Below are positions 34,560 to 46,400 of a stretch of 64,000 nucleotides of DNA, one piece after another (the first letter of the stretch is position 1; each line of letters starts with the position of its first letter). A program made the position numbers and the translations under genes. The notes beneath the pieces were generated by a model that was not told the DNA's origin, ran no database searches, and saw only the letters and a program-made list of their open reading frames with translations. The DNA lies in contig NMRA01000066.1 of NCBI GenBank assembly GCA_002633005.1, positions 186,001 to 250,000 on the forward strand, in the 5' to 3' direction. The stretch is from Phoronis australis. Its lineage: Eukaryota; Animalia; Phoronida.

Positions 34560-34720
34560 GATCACCTGGAACCCGCATTTTATGCTTTATCAACACATAG
34601 ATAATACAGAGCTGAGGAGTAATAATTCCGACTCAAGGGTCTAGCAGTGTGCCCCGGTGGGACTCTGCGAACCCACAAACTTGAGTAAAGGAAGTGGACA
34701 CATATCCCACTAGGCCACAC
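34560..34720 (-). mobile_element. Degenerate tRNA-derived SINE
   Basis: - strand A-box TGTGGCCTAGTGG (34719-34707) and B-box-like GGGTTCG(CAG)AGTCCC (34674-34659), followed by a cccttgag core-like segment. Does not fold as a complete tRNA. Confidence 0.5.
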
Positions 34721-36253
34721 TGCCGGCTGCGCAAGAGCTTACTGTTCATCGCGAAAAACGATATACGAAAGAACAGCAGTGGCCGCGAGAAGGGAAATCA
34801 AACTCGTAAGAACCGTAGCTATTACAGAATCGCTGATCGTGAACACGCCCCTGCAGTTTGCGAGCGAGAATGCGACGGAATACGAAATTGACAACTGACG
34901 TTTTAATTCTTGTTGTTATTTATTTCGAAAACGTCAAGAACCATTGACTAGATTAAGTATAAATATACGCAAACTACAGTTTAGAGTGCGTAGTTCACAC
35001 TCCACGAAACAATAACAAAACGCGCACCCTGTAACTGAAGCAAGAAATTTAAAGCACCCTAAGAAATGCACTAAAATTGCCACATCGCGAACAGTTCCAA
35101 AAACGATTACAGAGTCCGTAGGTCAAACAAACCTTTCAATTGAGGAATATAAGTGTCAGCAAAGAAAAATGACTAAAACAATACACCACTTCCGTTGCTA
35201 CCGACCCGTGACGTCACTACAAGGGCAAGACAGTTCATCTTCAAGCTACTAACCACCTATTTATCAAGTATACAATATTCGGTCACACCTACAGTCGTAC
35301 TATGCTCTCTAAAAAGCACTGCCTACTAACCACATGATTAAACGTTCATGTCCATACTGAGAGTGTTTGTGAGTTACTCTTGGAATAAACACATTGAAGG
35401 TACTAGTTTGCTTAATAAATGCCTAATTTCTCAATGCTTCAAGCTGAATGCAAGTAAACCAAACTCCTCAAGACAAAATACAAACTCCATGCAGTGATAG
35501 TCAAAGGAGGTTGTGGAGATAATTGAATCGATTTCACTAATTAAAGACATAGATAGGAACTCTTCACAAATAACTTGATAAAATGGGGTGCACAGCCAGA
35601 AACTAAAGAAACACACTAAAAAGTCTATCAGTTTACTTTGAAAAGAAAAAAACGACCTAACCTAGAAAGGGTGTCGTATGTGAATAAGTTTTTTTGAATT
35701 GTATTCATGAACTAAGGCTTAACAGAACAGAAAGTGTATCTTCACAAAACATAAGAAAATGCCTATAACGAAAAACAAACGGAGCAGTAAACTTCTCCAA
35801 ACTTTCACATAAAACACTATTCAAGGCAATTTTCTCAATGGCATACTACAGGCTTCTACTGTAGTAGAAACTAAAAAATCACCAGAAAAGTAGGACCTGT
35901 AGCTGACGGTTGAAATTGTTTTCAGCAGGTGAAGCTGATTTCATAACAGCCAAGTTGGTGACAGCAAATCAGCAAGTAGGTCAAGCTACAGAGCCCTGCA
36001 GACAATCAAAAATTCATCAAAAGACTAAAAGTGACTTTCAACAACAACACGAAGACCAAAGCCATAAGTTGCTTTGACAAACAAAGTCTAGGTAGCATCT
36101 AGCTGGACAAATAGATGAAGTAACAAAACATAGAAGGAGGGTCTACCATAAACAAACGTTAGTTGTGAAGAGTTTGACCCTTACCCAGCTTCCACTATTG
36201 CATAACAAGACCGAATTTTAAAACAATTACAGCAAAACCTAAGCTGTCTTCAG

Positions 36254-38620
36254 TCAGCTATCCAACACACCGTGTTCACTTCTTAGGTGCTGAGCAGCAA
36301 GTTGTGGTTTGGCAAAGACAATACCACAGACGGGGCACATGGTCTTTTTGTGTCGAGCGTCCACGTGATTCTTGAGAGCATCCTGGCGGGCAAACGTGTC
36401 GCCGCATTCCTGACAAACGAACGGACGGTCCCCACTGTGGTACCTCAGGTGACGGTTGCGGTTTCCGCATTGTGTAAACATTTGACCGCAATACTTACAT
36501 CCATACCGTTGATGAGCATTTGAGCAATGGTTTAAGAAGTCTTCTGTGTCCGTAAAAACCTCCTTACAAATGGAACAGTCATACCGAAACGGACAGATGA
36601 GCTCCCCCTGTTGATCTCTGCAAACCTGTTTGGCACTGCTTGTCCTTTGTTTCTTTAGTGTGCTCCCATTGGCCTGAACGTCTTTGATTTCGATTATTCG
36701 TCCAAAACTGTGCGAGTCACTGCTTTTTGACAGTGCAAAGTCACGCGAGTTTGTGGAACCTGCGGCAAAAGGAAAATTTCGATCCGTCTGATAATGTAGA
36801 GGAGATCCTGGAAAGACAGGCTGACTGAGCGATGTGAATGAAGGAATGAGAGATTTATGATGACTGCTCCGGCTCCCCACTGCATCATCATCATCATCAT
36901 CGTCGTCTTCGCCATTGTCGTCATCACATACCTCCACTTTAACCTTCACGGTGGTGACCTCCGATTCCACGGGTTCAGGTACGGCAGAGTGCATCGCTGC
37001 TTCATTGCAAGCTCTACTCGTCTCCATAGCATCAACATCTTTGTGCTGGCAATAGAAAAGGTGGTTGTTTAGGTCCTGTGTGGTGTCAAAGGTTGCCTTC
37101 TTGCAGTGGACGCAACTGTGTTTTCCATGCAGTTTCACCATGTGGTGATTAATCTCAGCAAAGCTAGAGAAGCTCATCGTACAGTGGATGCAACTGTACC
37201 TGTCAGCAGAGTCTGTGACAACATTCCTGTCACGCGACTCGTTTGACCGGGGAGAGCTGGAGCCATTGTTAGCAGTCCGAGTGTCTGTTGTTTCGCTCAA
37301 GTTACCAAGCTTGATGGAGACAGTGTGTGGTGTTCCATCAGGTCTTGAGACTAGCACGTCCATCCGGCTTTTTGAAGTACCATCTTTACTGGTGACATCC
37401 TTGGAATTCTGGTGAGGTGTTTCACTGTCTGAACGTTCTGGTGTATTCGAAAAGCGTTCGGTGACAGCCTGCTTGGACAGCTTCTGCGAACTGCTGCCAT
37501 TTGTTGACACTTCACAATTGAAGCTGTGACATGACAACTCAGGCTGACAGCCAGGCTCTTCACTATCTACCACCGATGAATATTCCTGAACAAACGCGAA
37601 GTGACTGCTGGATGAAGACTTGGAATGAGTCTTCAAATGACTGACAAAAGCCGTAAGACTAGCATATGCGACCCCACATTGAGTACAAATATGGATATCC
37701 TCTGTACTGGCATTGTGGTCACGTCTCAAGTGACCTCGAATCGATGACCGTTCAGTATAACCTTTTTTACACAGACCACAGGTGAAGGGTTTGGCATCTT
37801 TGTGCTTCAAAATGTGGTTGGTAAGATCATCTTTCCTCGTGAAGGTCTTGCCACAGATAGTACACCGGTAAGGCCGTTGCCCTGTATGCAACCGCATGTG
37901 ACGTTTTAAATTGCTATACATAGAGAATGTTCTCAAGCACTGCTTACACATGAGCAACTTGTGCACGGTACCATAGTGTTTCTCAAGTCGCTCAGCGGTT
38001 CCGACAGACGCCCTACATATTTTACATGGCAAAGACATAGCAGAGCCCCAAGCAGACTTGGGCTCGATGTGGGGTAACTTCATCCCCCGTTTTGCACTTC
38101 CCCCACTACCTGAACTCTTGTACTTATCCCACAATTGCCTATAAAGGGGCGCTTGCACAATTTCATTCGATACTAGACCGTTGCTTTGAATTTTTTGCGT
38201 ATGTTCGGTCTCTTCAGCATCTCCACCGTCTGACAAATTATTAGCCATCTGGTCATTGTTGACATCAGGTGATACAGTGACTGACCTAGAGTGTCGTGAC
38301 TGACTTAGCAGGTCGCGTAGTTCTAAGTTCAAGTTGTTTGAGAGCTGGGAAGCAGGTCTGTGTCCAGGATAGGGTGGAGGCCAGTGTGACGGTGTTGCTG
38401 GCAGAATGGCACCATAAGCATTACCAGTGCTTCCCCCTGGTGCTGGCTTAAACAAGGTCTCATGCAGTTTAACTATCAGGCTTTGTTGGTCGTCTTCAAT
38501 GTGGATGCAGATAATGCCGTCGACTTCAATTTTACCCACATGAGGTACACCGTCGTGGCAGAGACGGAGTATGGCCTGCTTGAGGCTGCTGGTAAAAGCA
38601 CTTTGTTCCTCAGAGAGCAT
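36254..38620 (-). CDS. C2H2 zinc-finger protein (788 aa, ~11 fingers in three clusters) with an uncharacterised N-terminal domain
   Basis: Single long coding exon. The acceptor ttttttccag (AG at 38644-38643) precedes ACCATG at 38620 (MLSEEQSAF...). Fingers include CKQCLRTFSMYSNLKRHMRLH-TGQRPYR-CTICGKTFTRKDDLTNHILKH and CKYCGQMFTQCGNRNRHLRYH-SGDRPFV-CQEC. A poly-Asp tract follows VKVE. A candidate polyA signal lies at 34919-34924. Confidence 0.93.
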   Translation of the reverse strand: MLSEEQSAFTSSLKQAILRLCHDGVPHVGKIEVDGIICIHIEDDQQSLIVKLHETLFKPAPGGSTGNAYGAILPATPSHWPPPYPGHRPASQLSNNLNLELRDLLSQSRHSRSVTVSPDVNNDQMANNLSDGGDAEETEHTQKIQSNGLVSNEIVQAPLYRQLWDKYKSSGSGGSAKRGMKLPHIEPKSAWGSAMSLPCKICRASVGTAERLEKHYGTVHKLLMCKQCLRTFSMYSNLKRHMRLHTGQRPYRCTICGKTFTRKDDLTNHILKHKDAKPFTCGLCKKGYTERSSIRGHLRRDHNASTEDIHICTQCGVAYASLTAFVSHLKTHSKSSSSSHFAFVQEYSSVVDSEEPGCQPELSCHSFNCEVSTNGSSSQKLSKQAVTERFSNTPERSDSETPHQNSKDVTSKDGTSKSRMDVLVSRPDGTPHTVSIKLGNLSETTDTRTANNGSSSPRSNESRDRNVVTDSADRYSCIHCTMSFSSFAEINHHMVKLHGKHSCVHCKKATFDTTQDLNNHLFYCQHKDVDAMETSRACNEAAMHSAVPEPVESEVTTVKVKVEVCDDDNGEDDDDDDDDAVGSRSSHHKSLIPSFTSLSQPVFPGSPLHYQTDRNFPFAAGSTNSRDFALSKSSDSHSFGRIIEIKDVQANGSTLKKQRTSSAKQVCRDQQGELICPFRYDCSICKEVFTDTEDFLNHCSNAHQRYGCKYCGQMFTQCGNRNRHLRYHSGDRPFVCQECGDTFARQDALKNHVDARHKKTMCPVCGIVFAKPQLAAQHLRSEHGVLDS

Positions 38621-39922
38621 GGTGGTCTGATGGCATTCAAACCTGGAAAAAAACAGGTCAAAATGAACTGGATGCAAACAATTTGGCACAAGAACTTAAA
38701 GCCATACAAACCTATTTAAGAGCACTTGTTTAGAAAATACAGTTGAAAGTTTTACTCATCTGGAGTACAGTCTATCCCACGTATTTAGCATTGAGCATCT
38801 TCATCCAGATTAATGTGTTTTTCAAAGATTTTAACTTTAGTGTTTTGCATCTAGGTGCATACGCCAAAGATTTGCTTAAACTGTGCGTTATTTGTGTGCC
38901 TTTGTTCATACTTAATACTTTTTATTTAAAGGTGCTGAACCGATTTACATGTCACGATGTCACACACACAGGATGTTGTTGGCATTCTGGAAAAAATCCC
39001 AGGTCACCACACCAGATGAACTCGAAATACTACAGGTAGTAAACAGAAGGAAGTCAGGATTGTTTGGCTGTGTTTGTCAATGAGATGGGCTTACGCGCCA
39101 ACTGATCTCCAGTGTGACACATATTTGCCGCTTTTTAACTTCATCTTCGGGTATCTTGTTTATAAATTTCTATTTTGGCTCTCGCCGAAGGGACTTAGTG
39201 ACCACAGTGAATGCTCAGCGAACTTGGTATTTTACCAGCTGGTATTTAGCCACTTTATGCTAACTGTCAAGTCCTGTGTAACAACAGGTATTCACTCTTC
39301 ACTTTTCTAATGATTTTATCAGCAAATGGGTCTAAGTATGCCCTTATGCAGTGCTATATATTTCAATGAAAAAATATACATGTGTCACCGAGAGTTCAAA
39401 ATGGGTAGAGAGTCTCCACACTAGTACAGTGGCCATTGGCCAGCAAACTAACCAATTGTAAACAAGACATTATGAACTGAACCTGTTGACAGGAGTTAGT
39501 TAATAGTGACAAGTTGATCAACTGGCCAATGAACACGGCACAGTATAATGAATCCACTAAATATCAAGCTCCGTTCATACTTCACTTCAGTTCCTTTTCA
39601 CTCAAAATTCTAGCACCTGTACTCCCCTTCACCTTTAATTAATTAAGACAGCACCAATCAGTTTTCCATCAGCGCAATAAAATCACGTATCTTCGTAATG
39701 AGACCTGATAACGGCTCCTCTGGGCTTAATAAGTATAGATGCGTAGAAGGGCTGGCGGAAATACCAGTCATCCGGCGAGGCGAGTCCACAATTCCCACAA
39801 TTGTGCACAAAGCAACTCGAATCTGGAATCTGGATTCGTCCAGTTTGACGCGCGATTCCTGGTTGAATTCAACCGAAAGTACATGTTAACAAATTATCAT
39901 TAAAGAGCCCACGGTTACTTAC

Positions 39923-40450
39923 CCGAGAAACTTTTCACGTAAATGTTGTTTTCAGCATTAGTCAATCTTTGCTCCACATCTTTCCAGTATTTTTCCAACT
40001 GACCAAAGCGGATGTAATATTCGTTTATCTCCCCTGACCGGAAATATCTGGAAAGCTAAAAAACACAGAAGTAATGAAAAGCATGATTATCGTAAAAATA
40101 TGCATTGTCTTTTACTTACTGACAATGCTTTGTATTTTATTTTTCCGAAGCCATTTTTGTTATGTTTCACCGCAAGTTAAAGTCGTATTTGTTTATAGAA
40201 CAAAGTCTGTACAAAAAGGTCCACTACACCATAAAGCCTAATGGGTAGGGTCATGAAAATGACTGAAATTGAAAGGAGGCATCATTCCTTTCAATGTCTG
40301 TAATTGAGATATTATTTGTATATGTCTTTTAAAATTTTGTTATTTCACACTGAAGCTGTGCAAAACATTGTGTTAAAAAAGGGTTTCTCCGTCTGCCCTA
40401 AAACGTTTTACCCCTTTAGATGGATTATTCCATAAAACAACATGGCGGCC
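39923..40450. promoter_or_regulatory. Probable bidirectional promoter between the ZNF gene and TRAP1, including a putative non-coding first exon of the ZNF gene
   Basis: - strand donor G|GTAAGT at 39923/39922, ETS-like CCGGAAAT at 40038-40045, and YY1-like AACATGGCGG overlapping the TRAP1 ATG (40442). The two genes diverge from this interval. Confidence 0.55.
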
Positions 40451-43400
40451 TCCTTGTGCATGCGATTTGCATCAAGAAAATTAAAATTTGATAGACTTTT
40501 GTACCGATCGCATGGCGTCTTCTCGAAGTACTCAACTGGGGCAATTCACAAACACGGGGGAGCTCCGCTGTCAAGTAATTGTGTTACAACTGTTGTAGAT
40601 GGGCTTCCTATCATATGAGCCTCTGTTAGCTACTCGCTAGTATCAATACTAATGGTAATGGGCAATTGGCTAGTATCAGCTGAATGGTTAGCACGCTTGC
40701 CGGTTTTGGGTCGCTGGTTTGATACCCGGGTCGGGTAATCTCGGCTATTACAACACAACGTAGCTGCGTGAATATTTATTGTGAAGACGTGCAGCCAACT
40801 AACCAACTATGGCTAGTATGGCTTTTCCAAGACTTTGCTTACACTTACAGGGTTAGCTGTTTAAAAACTCATATAATATTAATTAATAATAGAGCGGACC
40901 ATTTTATCGAACATTTTTTGGATATTTTTTCGAATTAAGTACTATCACTTATTAACCCTCAATGAATTTGTTTTATGAAAGATAGATATAAGGTAACTTT
41001 GGTCTTTGGTGTTACAATTCTGCAAATATAGTACAAACAGGTATTGTCAGTTCTTCAGTAGATTGATGACAAACAAACTGGCCGACTACTCATGCAAGGA
41101 CCAGTTAATCGAACATTTTGAGAAATGAGATCAAGTTTTGATGGTGATGGTGCTGCAGCTTTGCGTAGACTTAAAATTATTTGCATTCCCTGACATATGA
41201 CATACGCTATTAGTATACCAACTGTCTTGTGAATACTGTACAATGAAAGACTGTTTGTTATACCTGACGATAAGACCATACTTGACTATAAGTTCATGGC
41301 TTTGTATTCAAGGTTCCGGGGTGTATGGCTTTCAATCACATGACTCAGCATAGACAGGTTCCTCATCCGAAGTGGTCTAGAATGACTAGAATAGTTGAGT
41401 GCCATTGTACTGACTACTTTACACATGATGAGATCTTGACGATATGCAACCAAAGCTACATTTCATGTGATGCTACAGTCTGTGACTTATTTCCAATGTA
41501 ACATGTTGTTTTTTCCAATAGGTTTTTTGAAAAGACGAGCAGGACTTTTGGTAAACAGCCGACAACTTCAGGTGTCAAGTTCCCTGTTTTCAACTGATGT
41601 CAAACATGAAGACATTATTGATTTTGAAAACGTAGAGGAGGAATACCACTCGATAATCAAGGATACTGAAAGATCTAGAGGTAAGTTTTGTGTAAACTTC
41701 TGGGCGGCCTGCCACGCTACTTTTTAGCCCCTCCACTCTTAAATCATACTCAAATTTACCACCACACACCTAATCGTGACATGGAAACTTCACCGCCATG
41801 AAAAAATCGCTAGTAAAAATGATCTCTAGTAAAAATGATCGCTAGTAAAATGAATCGCTAGTAAAATGAATCGCTAGTAAAAATGATCGCTAGTAAAAAT
41901 GATCGCTAGTAATAATGAATAAGTACAAGTCACACAGCACCTTTCGCTGTTTGTGGATAGAAAGGGAAAAATAATAATTTTACAATGGGATCTTGAATTG
42001 TGCCCCAGTTAAACACAGTTATTCAATTCCCAATCTCCTTTTGTACCTTGTTTCTGCCTGGTTATCCGAAAATGCATAATACTTAATACAACCGGGGACC
42101 AGGCAACGACTTGGATATGAATTTTCTAAAATGGGAAAGCGCCTGGGCTCGCTAATGAAGTAAGAAACAGTAAGATTTCTGCTTCATTAATTTTATCGTA
42201 TCCGAGATTACAAAAGACATTGTGAATTATACTGCAGGGCGTGACATCTAACTGTTTAATCAACCATAACCCTGCGCCAAAATGACAATATTGAATGTTA
42301 ACCAGTCTCAGATTCGTCTGCATGGACTGGATTATTACATCGTCTGCTACACCGGCCAACGCCAATCCACTATCACTGATTTATGTTTAGAAAGACGGTA
42401 TCAACGGAAGTTTCGTTACACAAATTAGTTTTTTACGTCTACAAAGTTCAAATATTTTTTGTTCTAATTTTGTCACTTCGTGGATAACTGAATTTTAACT
42501 CTGTTTTTTGTACTCAAGTGCGACAGAGATCATTGCGCGCCAGACATTTCATTTGCCAAATTGTCTTGCGGAGTGTTTTTTACCCAGATACTTCCACTAC
42601 ATGATGCTCGGGTTAAGGTCTTGTATATGATGTCCATGATGAGCAAACTGCACCCAATTAGATCTAATTTTCAAATTTTGTCTGGGGAAGGTCTTCCACT
42701 CCCTCCCCCCTCCCCCCGATGGAAGGATCTGCCAATAAACCTCCACGAGAGGTCGACCTCACAATTTGGTGCTGATGAGGTGGATGGGATCTTGACAGGA
42801 TTCTTGGTACATGATGCTTATGAACAATCCCGACATTGCAAACTGCAATAAGTGATCTATATAATGTTACAACAATAGTGGGAGGTACCGGGATTTTGCG
42901 TAGATAAGCACATCCGATGAAACGCCCATGGGCGGAAAATTATGCCGAATACACGCCAATGGGTGTTTATTTGGTGTTCGAGCTTGTGGTGTCACGTGTC
43001 CAGACAGTGGGGCGTTTATTTGGAAATTTTCCTCTTAAAAGTCCACTCAGCGTCAACTTTTTGCCACAAATTCAGATTTGTGGAGCATTTATCATTTATA
43101 AAAATGAACAAAGTGTTGGCGAACTATGCATTTACTAACAAAAAATGAAAGAAAAAACGCTGTTTTAAGTAAAAATGTCATCAAAGTCAGCATAACTTTC
43201 ACTTTCCGTTTACCCGCCCCCTTTTCCGAATAAATGCCCGGGCGTTTATTTGGTGTTGCTAAAACGCCTGAAATTTTTCATTTTCCGAATACACGTCCAT
43301 GGGTTTATCTACGGAAATTCCTGGTAAGAGTTAATTAATGCCTCTGCTTAAAATCTATGGTAGTCAAGTGAAAAATATATACCATACTAGGATGGTGAAT

Positions 43401-46400
43401 TGACATCTGAGTGGTACTTACTTACCCATGCTCAGTGCAGTCTCTTGTTTTAAATCTTTCATGTTCTGTAGTGAACTGTGGTGACCCAAAAGCAAGCTGA
43501 TCCACAGCCTGGGTTATGATTTTGGTCTTTAAATAAGTAACATTCAGCATAATCTTTAGTGCTGCAAGAACATGACAGTGCCTTGCTCTTGAATTGATTT
43601 CTAATTCTGGTGTGCATGACAGGCCAAGTTGACTGGGACGAGGTGGATTTTCTTTCATGCATGGCTATATTGAGACATTGGACATATTAGTGTCTATAGT
43701 TTGCCCTTCCGTCCTCACAACAGTGACAATTAGATGACATGATAGTCATAAACAATTTATAAAAAACGCTGGTAAATCTCACTGCATGAAGCTTGAATAC
43801 TAGAGCACAGAACACTGTTCAACAAATACTAGTGACAAGGTGAATGTCAGTATTCGCTGCTAATTGGAAAATGGCTTTTGTTATGTCTTGTCGTTTAAAG
43901 TTCACAGCAGTTTGATAATCTTTGACAAGCACTAACTGTAATCACTGTGTCGTCTGCTCTTAACAGGACCTGCAGACAAACATGAGTTCCAAGCGGAAAC
44001 GAGAATGCTGTTGGATATAGTGGCCAAGTCCCTCTACTCTGAGCGAGAGGTAAGCTTTGTAACATTAAGAAGTTTTGATGTACATCATTTCCCTTTCATG
44101 ATTCAGATCAAATGCTAATTGCGTCCATTTGTAAGTTTGGAATGACGTAATGCTCTTTTTTCACTCGTAATGCAACAGTTGTCCAATATTCAGCGCAAAA
44201 AGGAAGAGAACAAAAACACAAATGCATAATTTACATTTATTCCTGAATCTTTCATTGGACCCATCAGGGGACTCCAAAAAGGCTATAAGTTGCAGAAGCC
44301 AGTTTCAACAGGACTCGCTTTAATGAGGAAAATTCGCTGCCAACATACACATCTTTCTTCTTCTGTGCCTATTGCTCATTGATGGAAGTTTTTAAATTTC
44401 TCTGAATTTAACCCAGTGGTTTCCAATAAACTTGGCAGGTGTTCATCCGTGAGCTCATCTCCAACAGTAGTGATGCCTTAGAAAAGCTGCGCTACTTGCA
44501 AATGACGGGAACGGACGTGATTGAAAAGGACACCCCTCTAGAGATCCACATAAAAGTGGATGATGACAAGAAGACTTTCACTATTCAGGTGGGCTGAATC
44601 GTCATTCTAAAGGTTGTGTTACTCTAGAAAGTCTCCAAATTTGCCTTAATTCGGAACATAATATCTTAGAAATGCCCAACCAGATTCATATGAAACTTTC
44701 TGATAACATACACTCTGTAGGGATTGCTTTTAACACGTTCTACTTTTGCATTAGGTACTATCAAAAATAGGATTTTGTTATTTTTTATTTAAAAAAGTCC
44801 TAGTTTCATAAAATGAAAACAAAATGATAATCTAGAAAGCCGTAACACTGTTTTTGAGATTTTATCTAGAAAATTTTGGTCACGATATTGATACTCTTGT
44901 TTCTCTATGAGTGTACCTTTCTGTTTGTTCTCAGTTTTACTAAAAAGACATGGTCACACGATCCAGTTAGTATCAATTTTTGCTAAAATTTGGTCAAAAC
45001 ACATGTTCGCATATGACCCAATTGGTAACAGATTTGTATGACGGCAAAATTGAGTCTTTTTACTTTCTGAAAATATATACTTTTCCTGAGGTTATATGGA
45101 TAAATAAAATACGTGCATTTGTCGAGAAAGTCCTACATCATTAAGCACTGTCTATTCATTTCAACTTTTTTTGTGTGTGACTTCAAGTGCAGCTGCCATA
45201 TATGCAACTAGTCGTAGGTTGTGGACAGGTGTTCTGGTGCAACTTTTTGATCTAAAAATCATTCATCAGTTTGTGTGTATAGACAGTTGTCCTCTGGGGT
45301 ACGAAAGATCAGTGTGTCGATAGGGCTTTTTTATACACGGCTCTGAATACTTGATATCTGCTTAGCTGGTCTGTTCTGCCTTTATCAGCCATGTAGTTGT
45401 GGCAGTTCAGTGATCTCGTAGTTATTGATTCTCATTCCTTTGCTTGAGGTAATTAGATATCTTCACTACCAAGGGTTGCACTTCTTTCAATATCTTTAAA
45501 GTACAACTCGCCTACACACGAAACCATATATTTTTTGAATCCTTGATGATCACAGAAACCTACCGTGCACACGAAAACAATGCCATTGTGTTTGTAATCA
45601 ATCCCCTGTCTTAATGAGTTATTTTTCCCCAAGACCGTGGACAGAGTTTGTTTTCGGTCCACACTCCCTGAAGACTCATGTTGGTTCTTTTCATAACAAA
45701 GAAAATTATTTAGTCATCAGGCCTTAAATCAGCTGCTGGCTTTCAAACATGGAAATATTTGAAGTGAAGTGATATAGGAATTGACTTTTAAAATATTATA
45801 TAAATTTTAAAGCACGATATCTGGGATTAGTATGCTTGCGGTTGCAGTTAATTCACATTTCGTCCTTATTAGGGACTTCTGTCCCTGTCTGAGTGCTTCC
45901 ATTAGCCAATCTGTTCAATTACAGGATACAGGTGTTGGTATGACTAAAGAAGAAATGATCGACCACCTTGGAACTATTGCCAAGTCTGGCACTAAAGTAT
46001 GTATCTCCGTTTAGCTATCACCTGTCATCTTCTGCCCCGGACAGTGGCATTCCTAGCTATGTCACTGAAATTAGATGATAATATGTAAATCACTCTAGAG
46101 TACTCAGAGTGTAAATTTTTATGGTATTCAAGAAGAAGTTTTGATGATTTTGTTGAAGACTAGATTGTGCACAATTGGAGTACTAAATAACCACCTTGTT
46201 TTCACCGATTTTGGGTTGCGCTAGTATGTTTTCATGTGTTAGGATGACGCTGATGTATTGCGATTTTTCTAAGCAGTCTCATTTTTGAGTTGGTGGCATG
46301 TCATGTGACCATAACGGGGACCATAAAGCAATGTCTTCTCAAACTGTATATTTACACCTCCCATAAACATTGGTGTTGTTGTCCTAGGCATTTTTGGAGC

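Noticed and set aside
38621-38689. N-terminal 23 aa (MPNCLHPVHFDLFFSRF...) of the listed 811-aa ORF
   Set aside because: It starts at a non-ATG codon and runs through a polypyrimidine tract and splice acceptor. It is intron plus 5' UTR, and the true start is probably 38620.
36276-38719. Short ORFs overlapping the ZNF gene (and likewise those overlapping the FKRP-like, LRRC74 and TRAP1 exons)
   Set aside because: Antisense or alternate-frame shadows of real coding sequence with no independent motifs.
41806-41919. 17-bp repeats as a CRISPR or iteron array
   Set aside because: Contiguous AT-rich slippage repeat inside an intron.
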